Positions 16,117-23,381 of a stretch of DNA of 32,000 nt are shown here, one piece after another. The stretch is from NCBI GenBank assembly GCA_049414405.1, contig JBMSAQ010000008.1:25505-57504 (forward strand), written 5' to 3'. The position numbers were made by a program, and so were the translations under genes. Numbering within the stretch: position 1 is the stretch's first letter; each line of letters starts with the position of its first letter. Source of the stretch: Candidatus Nanopusillus sp. GTDB lineage: Archaea; Nanobdellota; Nanobdellia; Nanobdellales; Nanobdellaceae. A model generated the notes under the pieces. It did no database searches, had not been told where the DNA came from, and was given only the letters and a program-made list of their open reading frames with translations.

Positions 16117-16120
16117 TAAC

Positions 16121-16131
16121 ATTTATAAATT
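16121..16131 (+). promoter_or_regulatory. TATA-like box for the 16152 surface-protein gene
   Basis: atttataaatt centred ~26 nt upstream of the ATG at 16152. Confidence 0.45.
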
Positions 16132-16151
16132 TTTCCATAATAAGTTAAATT

Positions 16152-18068
16152 ATGGACAACAAAGTGGTAGTAACACTAAAAAGATTATTTAGTTTTTTAG
16201 CGGGAATAGTAGTACTAGCATCAGGAATAAATGCGCAGCAATTACTAATAGAACCACAAACGCCAACATTATTAGCAAATACATTGAATAATTTAACATT
16301 TATAGTAAAATTGTATGAAGTAGACCAAGAACCACAACAAGCATATCTGTATTTCAATATATATGCACCAAATAGACAATTAATATATCAATACTTTGAG
16401 CAAATATCAGTTTGCACAGGAATGAATATATATCAAGTATCAGTGAATCCTTTAGAATTGCAAAATTTAATAAAACAGTATAGTTCATGTACACAATCCA
16501 CATGTCCACCACGACAATATAATTTCACAGTAGAAGCAAATGTAACATTATTGTATCCATCGGGTTTACAGTATGTAACCGCAAATCAAACATATAATTT
16601 AACATTTGTACCATATAATTTAACATTATCATTAATAAGGTTACCAACAGTAATCTCGCAACAATATGCACAACAATATGGAATAAATGTACAGTCTGTA
16701 GTATACTTACAAAATGTTGGAACAAATGTACAATCTGCAACATTAACATTAACATTATATAGTTCAGATGGAAATATCATATATCAAACACAAAAAAGCG
16801 TAAATCTAAAACCTGGGGAGAATTTATTAACTATTAAAATACCAGGTTATTATCTAAAGAATGTGCAAGGAAAAATGTATGTATTAGAACAATTGACAGT
16901 TGTATTATCCAATGGACAAGTATTAATACAACAAGCAGAACAATCCTTTTATATATCAAACAATCAAAATGGACAAAATATAGAAATAATTTCAATATCG
17001 CCAAACTTTAATTTATTGAATAATCTAGCAAATTCAATATATAATGTGGGGGTATTAGTGAAGAATCCAGGTCATCAAACAGTAGATGTAACAGTTCAAA
17101 TGTTATTATATGATCAATATGGAAATTTAGTATACAATTTACGAGATTCACAGACAATATCTCCAAATTCCCAAGGAGAAGTAATATTACTATTAAATAC
17201 AATAGGATTACAACCAGGATATTATAAAGTTATACTATATGTATATCAAAATGGAGTGGGAATATATCAGTATAGTTATACAATAACAATAAATGCACAA
17301 AAAATACAGCCAGTAAATGTATTAAATGTATATACAAACACATTTAATGTAAAACCAGGACGATTTATAGAATTATATGTAAATCTGAAATCTAACTTGC
17401 CAATGGATATACAAGTACAACCAGTAGTAATGTCACAACAGTTAAATATATTCCAACAGTTATCAACAATAACATTATCACCAAATCAAGTAACACAGTT
17501 ACCAGTAGTAGTAAGAATTCCAGAAAATTTAACAGCAGGTTATTATCCAATTCAGTTTGTATTTAATTATGATGGAGTATCGCAAACATATACATACAAT
17601 TTATATGTAAACGGAACAAAGATAGAACCAAAACCAATAATTGCATCATTGGTTGGATATATACCATTAAAATATAAAGAAAATTCAACAATATACTTAA
17701 TAATAAGTTCAAATACAACAAAGGTGTATAATCTATTAATACAAGCATATGCTGTTGGAGGAAAAGTATACCCAGAACAACAAGAAATACAAATAGGAGG
17801 TACATATACCGAAAGAATACCATTAAATGTAACTGCAGAAAGTAATAATGTAACAATATACGTAAATATAATGGACCAACAAACAGGAAAAATATTATAT
17901 TCATTGGTTGAAGAGTATTCTGTACCAAAAGAAGCTTCAGTATCATTACCATTTTCAGGATTAATATTCTGGATATTAGTAATATTGGCAGTAATAATAA
18001 TAGCTGCAATATTAATAGAATCAAGAAGAGAGAATAAGAAAAAAAGAAGGGAAAAGGCTGAAGAATAA
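16152..18068 (+). CDS. Large secreted, probably N-glycosylated surface protein with repeated beta-sandwich (CARDB-like) modules and a C-terminal TM anchor
   Basis: N-terminal hydrophobic signal (LFSFLAGIVVLASGINAQQ). Q/N/Y/T/V-rich beta-type composition. At least 12 N-x-S/T sequons by my count. Recurrent module, e.g. ATLTLTLYSSDGNIIYQTQKSVNLKPGENLLTIKIP versus VDVTVQMLLYDQYGNLVYNLRDSQTISPNSQGEVILLLN. C-terminal anchor GLIFWILVILAVIIIAAILI followed by RRENKKKRREK. Confidence 0.65.
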   Translation: MDNKVVVTLKRLFSFLAGIVVLASGINAQQLLIEPQTPTLLANTLNNLTFIVKLYEVDQEPQQAYLYFNIYAPNRQLIYQYFEQISVCTGMNIYQVSVNPLELQNLIKQYSSCTQSTCPPRQYNFTVEANVTLLYPSGLQYVTANQTYNLTFVPYNLTLSLIRLPTVISQQYAQQYGINVQSVVYLQNVGTNVQSATLTLTLYSSDGNIIYQTQKSVNLKPGENLLTIKIPGYYLKNVQGKMYVLEQLTVVLSNGQVLIQQAEQSFYISNNQNGQNIEIISISPNFNLLNNLANSIYNVGVLVKNPGHQTVDVTVQMLLYDQYGNLVYNLRDSQTISPNSQGEVILLLNTIGLQPGYYKVILYVYQNGVGIYQYSYTITINAQKIQPVNVLNVYTNTFNVKPGRFIELYVNLKSNLPMDIQVQPVVMSQQLNIFQQLSTITLSPNQVTQLPVVVRIPENLTAGYYPIQFVFNYDGVSQTYTYNLYVNGTKIEPKPIIASLVGYIPLKYKENSTIYLIISSNTTKVYNLLIQAYAVGGKVYPEQQEIQIGGTYTERIPLNVTAESNNVTIYVNIMDQQTGKILYSLVEEYSVPKEASVSLPFSGLIFWILVILAVIIIAAILIESRRENKKKRREKAEE

Positions 18069-18075
18069 TTTTTTT
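18069..18075 (+). terminator. T7 run immediately after the stop codon of the 16152..18068 gene (archaeal oligo-T terminator type)
   Basis: taa followed by ttttttt at 18069..18075. Confidence 0.4.
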
Positions 18076-18076
18076 A

Positions 18077-18124
18077 TCTGTTAGCTTTAATTCATCATTT
18101 TTCAGCCTGGGACGGTTTCTTCAT
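18077..18124 (-). ncRNA. Candidate C/D box sRNA (48 nt core)
   Basis: The minus strand reads AUGAAGA (C-like, 18124..18118), then a 12-nt spacer AACCGUCCCAGG, CUGA (D', 18105..18102), AAA, AUGAUGA (C', 18098..18092), an 11-nt spacer AUUAAAGCUAA, and CAGA (D-like, 18080..18077). Box order, 12/11-nt guide lengths and the 3-nt D'-C' loop fit the archaeal C/D architecture. The terminal boxes each deviate from consensus by one nucleotide. Confidence 0.4.
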
Positions 18125-18130
18125 TTTGTA

Positions 18131-18181
18131 CCCCTACTAACTCAACCTTTTTCATCTATCTAAAGGTTACCCTGGTAGGGG
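18131..18181. other. GC-rich extended hairpin abutting the stop codon of the 18182..18709 gene
   Basis: cccctacta (18131..18139) pairs with tggtagggg (18173..18181): 9 bp including one G-U. Next comes a 4x4 internal loop, then aaccttt (18144..18150) pairs with aaaggtt (18162..18168), with an 11-nt loop. Local G+C is far above the window background. Confidence 0.5.
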
Positions 18182-18709
18182 CTATATATATTTTAGAAAA
18201 TTAATTATTATATTTTTATTTAAAACTTCTGGATGAAATAATGAAAAATATATGTTTTTATATTTATACAATACTGGAATATTTTCTACCATTCCAATTA
18301 TATAAAATTTTTCATCAATCTTCGGAATCTTTGTTATCAAAAAATATGCTTCAAAATCTTTATCAATTATCTTATCTTTATTAATTATTTTTACATAATA
18401 TTTTCCAATTAATTCTTTATCTTCAAAACCATAATTTAATAATTTTGTTAATATTTGACTTCCAGAACATATTGCAAGAGTTTTTATATTGTTTTCAATT
18501 ATAAATTCGAAATTTTTTATATAATTTAAATAATCAAAATCCATTATTGCAGTACCTGTTACTATTATTTTTTCAAAATATTCATTTACTTTATCTTTAT
18601 ACGAAAAAATTTTATAATTAATGTTTAATTTTTTTAAGATATTTACTATTGGATATAGGAACTCATATTTTGATAATCCTTCTTTATTTGTATGAATTAT
18701 TCCAATCAT
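18182..18709 (-). CDS. Class-I glutamine amidotransferase-like protein (GuaA-subunit-A-like size and layout)
   Basis: Nucleophile-elbow-like LAICSGSQIL (consensus G-x-C-x-G-x-Q) and a C-terminal FSLFHPEV (His-Glu of the triad, consensus FHPE). At 175 aa it is similar in size to stand-alone GATase subunits. Overlaps the upstream PP-loop gene by 4 nt. Confidence 0.55.
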   Translation of the reverse strand: MIGIIHTNKEGLSKYEFLYPIVNILKKLNINYKIFSYKDKVNEYFEKIIVTGTAIMDFDYLNYIKNFEFIIENNIKTLAICSGSQILTKLLNYGFEDKELIGKYYVKIINKDKIIDKDFEAYFLITKIPKIDEKFYIIGMVENIPVLYKYKNIYFSLFHPEVLNKNIIINFLKYI

Positions 18710-19371
18710 TTTAAATAAGCATCTTTTATAATATATTCTGCATAATTTTTTTCTATTTTTATTTCATAATCTTTTATTATTATCTTTTTCTTAAATAATG
18801 GTTGATATAAAACAAAGGTTTCATATTCTCCACCTTCTCCCGCAATATTTATTTTATATTTTTCTTTATATTCAATTAATTTTTTTATTATATTTTCATC
18901 AACAACTTTTCCTAAAATATTTATATCTAATGGATAGGTATACCATCCAACAATTATAAAACGAAAATTATTTTCCAATAATTCATATAAATATTCTTCT
19001 TCATCCTTTAGCCATAAAGGGTTAAAACACCATAGATTTAATCTCCTGCATATCCTTTGAAATCTAGATCCTTGATATGTAGACCTAATTGCCCCAGTAA
19101 CAATTCCATCAATATTATATTTTTCTTTTAAATATTTTAGCACTTCAAACAATGTTTCCTCTTCATTATTATTTATATTAAATCTTTCTATCGGTATATT
19201 CAGAGCTTTTGATTGTAGTTCAGTTAAATTATTATTAATATAATGATATAAATAACTTTCATTATTTTTTGGAATTATATTTAATAGTACAGATATCTCA
19301 TGATATTTTGATGCAATATATAATGAATAGTTTGAATCCTTTCCTCCAGAATATAATACTCCAAGCCTCAT
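18706..19371 (-). CDS. PP-loop ATP pyrophosphatase of the MJ0570/Dph6 (diphthine-ammonia ligase) family
   Basis: N-terminal MRLGVLYSGGKDSNYSLY (SGGKDS PP-loop), GAIRSTYQ..R, and C-terminal AGEGGEYETFVLYQPLF are the hallmarks of this family as I know it. Confidence 0.75.
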   Translation of the reverse strand: MRLGVLYSGGKDSNYSLYIASKYHEISVLLNIIPKNNESYLYHYINNNLTELQSKALNIPIERFNINNNEEETLFEVLKYLKEKYNIDGIVTGAIRSTYQGSRFQRICRRLNLWCFNPLWLKDEEEYLYELLENNFRFIIVGWYTYPLDINILGKVVDENIIKKLIEYKEKYKINIAGEGGEYETFVLYQPLFKKKIIIKDYEIKIEKNYAEYIIKDAYLK

Positions 19372-19384
19372 GTGAATAATTTGA

Positions 19385-19975
19385 TTATTTAGATATGGGA
19401 ACTACTGGAAGGACTGGAGGTCTAGAAACTATTAGTTGATATATTAGACCGTATAGGTATTCTCTGGGTAGTAATTGATAAATTATGTTACAGTTATTTT
19501 CCGAATAACAATAAACATTATTATCATATAAAAATATATCATTGTTTGCAATTATTATTGGATGGGTTATGTTTATATGATATGTCATATTAAAACATGA
19601 ATATTCAGGACATTTTACCATTGGACATATTCCTTCAGGTGTACATGATACATTACAAGGATACCAAATGAAGGGACATTTCTCTACTGTTACGCTATAA
19701 TGAACCGTCTGATTACAAAATATAAATGAAGTAGTATTAACATATTCTACTAATGGTACTATGTAATTTATGCCTGGCCCTATATTTTTTATTATGAAAT
19801 ATCCGTCTGTAACATTATACAAATAACATCCATCCCCATATAGACTTAATGAATATAATTGCAAATTTATTTTTTCTAATTTATAGTTAACAGTAGATTT
19901 ATCACTTATTGATACTATTATGATAAAGATAATCAATGAAAGTATTCCAACAATAAACTTTGTGTTTAATTTCAT
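19385..19975 (-). CDS. Secreted or membrane-anchored cysteine-rich protein (196 aa)
   Basis: N-terminal anchor/signal KFIVGILSLIIFIIIVSI. Cys-dense core (CPFIWYPCNVSCTPEGICPMVKCPEYSC). Several N-x-S/T sequons. Its own TATA-like box lies upstream. It is 13 nt upstream of the PP-loop gene on the same strand. Confidence 0.5.
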   Translation of the reverse strand: MKLNTKFIVGILSLIIFIIIVSISDKSTVNYKLEKINLQLYSLSLYGDGCYLYNVTDGYFIIKNIGPGINYIVPLVEYVNTTSFIFCNQTVHYSVTVEKCPFIWYPCNVSCTPEGICPMVKCPEYSCFNMTYHINITHPIIIANNDIFLYDNNVYCYSENNCNIIYQLLPREYLYGLIYQLIVSRPPVLPVVPISK

Positions 19976-20113
19976 AAATATATGTTTAAATAAAATTTTA
20001 AATACTTTACAATCTTTACATTATATTCAAAGTCTTTATGGTAGATATAGAATTGTTCGTAAGTATTATAATAAATGAGCTTATATTTTTAAGCATATAT
20101 ACTTAAAAAGCAT

Positions 20114-20126
20114 CTTTTAAAATATT
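20114..20126 (+). promoter_or_regulatory. TATA-like box for the EF-2 gene
   Basis: cttttaaaatatt centred ~25 nt upstream of the ATG at 20145. Confidence 0.45.
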
Positions 20127-20144
20127 ATTCTTCATTTTATTATA

Positions 20145-22349
20145 ATGGCAAGTTTAACTGAAAGAATATTGAAAGTTATGAATAATCCGAATAATATAAG
20201 GAATATAGGTATAATTGCGCATATACACCATGGAAAGACAACATTGACAGATTCTTTATTGGCAGGCGCGGGAATGTTGGCTGAGGAACTTGCAGGCGAG
20301 GCAATGTTTACGTGGTGGCATGAAACTGAAAGAGAAAGAGAAATGACAGTATACGGAGCAGCAGTTTCAATGGTTCATAATTATGAAAATCAAGATTATT
20401 TGATAAATTTAATAGATACTCCCGGACACGTAGAATTTTCCGGACAGGTTACCAGAGCTACTAGAGCTATTGATGGTGCAATTGTTGTAGTGGATTTTGT
20501 TGATGGAATAATGCCTCAAACAGAAACTGTATTGAGGACTGCATTGAAAGAATATGTAAAACCAGTATTATTTATAAATAAAACCGATAGAGCAATTACA
20601 GAGCTAAAATTATCTCCACAACAAATTATGGAAAGAATTGGAAAAATAGTTATTGAAATAAATAGATTAATCGATAAATACTCTCCTCCAGAATTTAAGG
20701 GAAAATGGAACGTAAATGTAAATGACGGATCTGTTGCATTTGGATCTGCAAAATTTCATTGGGCATTGTCAGTACCTTTTATGAAAAAATATAATGTTTC
20801 ATTTAAAGATATAATTGAAATATATAATCAATTTTTAGAAGATAAAGAAAAGTTAAAGGAAGAGATGAGAAAAAAGGCACCCGTTGCAAAAGTTGTATTA
20901 GATATGGTTATAAAGCATTTACCTTCTCCAGTTGAAGCACAAAAATACAGAATTCCTAATATATGGAGGGGAAATATAAATTTAGATGTTGGAAAAGCAA
21001 TGTTAAATTTAGATTCGAATGGACCAATAGTAATAAATGTAACAAACGTAATAATTGATAAGGTATCAAAACAAGAGATTGCAACTGCAAGGATATTTTC
21101 AGGTACTTTATCGAAAGGTGATGATGTATTTTTAATTCAAGCTGGAAGACAAATAAAAATACAACAGGTTGCTGTATGGAAGGGAATACAAAGAATAAAT
21201 GTAGATTCTGCAAAGGCTGGTAATATAATTGCTTTAGTTGGAATAAAAGGATTATATCCAGGAGAAACAATTATTGGAAAGGTTCAAGATCCAAAAAGTG
21301 TTGAAACATTTGAAGAAATGAAACATTGGTTAGATCCTGTAGTTGTAAAATCTTTTGAACCAAAGAATCCAAATGATTTACCAAAATTAATTGAAACATT
21401 AGATTTATTAACAAGAGAAGATCCAACAATGAAAGTTGAACAGAAGAGAGATACTGGGGAAATTTTAGTATCTGGTTTAGGAGATTTACATTTACAGATA
21501 ATAGAATATAGAGTACAAAATGATTTTGGAATACCTGTAAAGGTTGGAAATCCGATAGTAATTTATAGAGAATCTGTTAATGGGGTTACGCAAACATATG
21601 AAGGAAAATCTCCAAATAAACATAATAAAATATATATACAAATTGAACCTTTACCATATGAAATATATGAAAAAATGAGGGGGTATATTAGGGAAGGAAA
21701 AATCCCCGAAGGAAGAATTAAAAGGGAAGATTTATGGAAAGTATTCAATGAGATTGGATTTGATAAAGAAGAAGCAAGGAGAATTATAATGGTACAAAAT
21801 GGGAATGTATTGATTGATATGACAAGAGGTATTGTTCATTTACCAGAAGTAATAGAATATATAGTAGAAGGGTTTAAGGAAGTTATGAATCAGGGTCCAT
21901 TAGCCTGGGAACCTTGTATAATGATGAAAGTTAAATTAATTGATGCAGTATTACATGAAGACGCAATCCATAGAGGTCCTGCCCAAATAATTCCAGCAAC
22001 AAAAGATGCAATTAAAAGTGCTATTCTTGAACAACCAACATTATATGAACCATTGCAAGTTATAAGGATTGATACTCCTCCAGAAACCATCGGGGATGTA
22101 ACATCTATATTACAATCAAGAAGAGGACAGATATTAGAAATGAATATTGAAGAAGAAAGAGCAACAATTAAGGCAAAGGTGCCTGTAGCAAATATATTTG
22201 GATTTACAGATGAATTAAGATCTGCAACATCTGGAAGGGGTGTTTGGTTCTTAGAAGATCAGGTATATGAGAAAGTCCCAAAAGATTTACAACAGCAAAT
22301 AGTAGATTCTATAAGAAAAAGAAAAGGAATACCAGAAGGGGTTCACTAG
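20145..22349 (+). CDS. fusA: Archaeal translation elongation factor 2 (aEF-2)
   Basis: GTPase motifs AHIHHGKTT (G1), DTPGHVEF (G3), NKTDR (G4). Full five-domain length (734 aa). The diphthamide-site motif HEDAIHRGPAQIIPA has its target His at codon 609 (nt 21969..21971). Confidence 0.95.
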   Translation: MASLTERILKVMNNPNNIRNIGIIAHIHHGKTTLTDSLLAGAGMLAEELAGEAMFTWWHETEREREMTVYGAAVSMVHNYENQDYLINLIDTPGHVEFSGQVTRATRAIDGAIVVVDFVDGIMPQTETVLRTALKEYVKPVLFINKTDRAITELKLSPQQIMERIGKIVIEINRLIDKYSPPEFKGKWNVNVNDGSVAFGSAKFHWALSVPFMKKYNVSFKDIIEIYNQFLEDKEKLKEEMRKKAPVAKVVLDMVIKHLPSPVEAQKYRIPNIWRGNINLDVGKAMLNLDSNGPIVINVTNVIIDKVSKQEIATARIFSGTLSKGDDVFLIQAGRQIKIQQVAVWKGIQRINVDSAKAGNIIALVGIKGLYPGETIIGKVQDPKSVETFEEMKHWLDPVVVKSFEPKNPNDLPKLIETLDLLTREDPTMKVEQKRDTGEILVSGLGDLHLQIIEYRVQNDFGIPVKVGNPIVIYRESVNGVTQTYEGKSPNKHNKIYIQIEPLPYEIYEKMRGYIREGKIPEGRIKREDLWKVFNEIGFDKEEARRIIMVQNGNVLIDMTRGIVHLPEVIEYIVEGFKEVMNQGPLAWEPCIMMKVKLIDAVLHEDAIHRGPAQIIPATKDAIKSAILEQPTLYEPLQVIRIDTPPETIGDVTSILQSRRGQILEMNIEEERATIKAKVPVANIFGFTDELRSATSGRGVWFLEDQVYEKVPKDLQQQIVDSIRKRKGIPEGVH

Positions 22350-22380
22350 ATTTTTATATAATAAACACAAATTATTTTTT

Positions 22381-22551
22381 ATGGGAAATAAAATTGGTGA
22401 ATGTAAATATTGCAATAGACCAGTATATGATAATGAAAAATATAAGATAATAAATTTTAATGGGGAAAAGATGATTTTTCATATATCTTGTTTTAGAAAA
22501 TTAAAAAAAGAAGCGATTGATTTAGTGAAGAAAGGATTTGTTAATTTCTAA
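22381..22551 (+). CDS. Small (56 aa) putative zinc-binding protein, below the ORF-track length cutoff
   Basis: Reads atgggaaataaaattggtgaatgtaaatattgc...; translation MGNKIGECKYCNRPVYDNEKYKIINFNGEKMIFHISCFRKLKKEAIDLVKKGFVNF has CxxC...HxxC spacing. TATA-like tttttatataataaa lies ~24 nt upstream. Its stop overlaps the stop of the convergent 22548 gene. Confidence 0.45.
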   Translation: MGNKIGECKYCNRPVYDNEKYKIINFNGEKMIFHISCFRKLKKEAIDLVKKGFVNF

Positions 22552-23381
22552 ATCTTTGGTTGATATATGTGTATCATATATAGATATGTAATATATGAAA
22601 ATGGAATAATTACAATAAAGAAAAACAATAATGAGTTTAAAATATTTACATTTCCAGATGCAATTGAAAACAGGAATGCTAAAATTAATAATATCATTGG
22701 AAATGTTATAAAGAAAAATGCATACAAAGTTATCCACAAATTGACTTTTTCATTATATTCCTTTAGTTGTATTTCGTATTCTTCTAAATTTTGTTTTGCA
22801 TATATTCTAGCAAAATCCTTTAGAGAACCTCCAGATCTAATTACTGATATCAACCCATATAAGAATTCTTTGAATTTTTCTGAAGGTGTTTTTCGAGCCA
22901 ATTCCAATAATGCAGATAAAATATCATATCCAAAATTGTCAATTAATATTAATAAATATGAAATTTCTTTATTTATTGCTCCAAATCTTTTTTCTCTATT
23001 TAATAATTTGAATATATTTATTATATTCATTTGAGAACCTGAATATGAATAAAAGTATAATGCAAAAAATGGTAAATTATCTTCTATATCTTTTATATAA
23101 TCTGCTTTTGCTAATGTTGGATAAATATAAAAATAAATAAATGTTAGAAAACCAACAATAATTCCAAATAAAATACTTACAGAAAATAGTACTATATCAT
23201 AGAAATTTAGGTAAAAGATAAACATCAAAGATAAAGATATAAAGGATAAAACAAATGTTAGGAAGGAATATTTTAATGTTGCTTTTACGTAATCTTCAAT
23301 AGAAGTTTTAAATTGTGTATAAAATATATCATATTTTTTATCCTTAAAATATGGATATAATTTTTTTACTAAAAAGTTCAT
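22548..23381 (-). CDS. Type IV filament platform membrane protein (T2SSF/FlaJ/TadC family), single-domain 277-aa form
   Basis: One cytoplasmic T2SSF-like helical domain (LPFFALYFYSYSGSQMNIINIFKLL...GYDILSALLELARKTPSEKFKEFLYGLISVIRSGGSLKDFARIY) flanked by TM helices. Overlaps the upstream ATPase gene by 4 nt. Confidence 0.7.
   Translation of the reverse strand: MNFLVKKLYPYFKDKKYDIFYTQFKTSIEDYVKATLKYSFLTFVLSFISLSLMFIFYLNFYDIVLFSVSILFGIIVGFLTFIYFYIYPTLAKADYIKDIEDNLPFFALYFYSYSGSQMNIINIFKLLNREKRFGAINKEISYLLILIDNFGYDILSALLELARKTPSEKFKEFLYGLISVIRSGGSLKDFARIYAKQNLEEYEIQLKEYNEKVNLWITLYAFFFITFPMILLILAFLFSIASGNVNILNSLLFFFIVIIPFSYITYLYMIHIYQPKI

Noticed and set aside
16145-18024. Several minus-strand ORFs inside the surface-protein gene (16145..16357, 16525..16755, 16586..16780, 17008..17202, 17563..18024)
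   Set aside because: All are antisense to one continuous 638-aa ORF that has a signal peptide, repeats and an anchor. Their L/H/M/V-rich translations reflect the complement of Q/N/Y/T codons.
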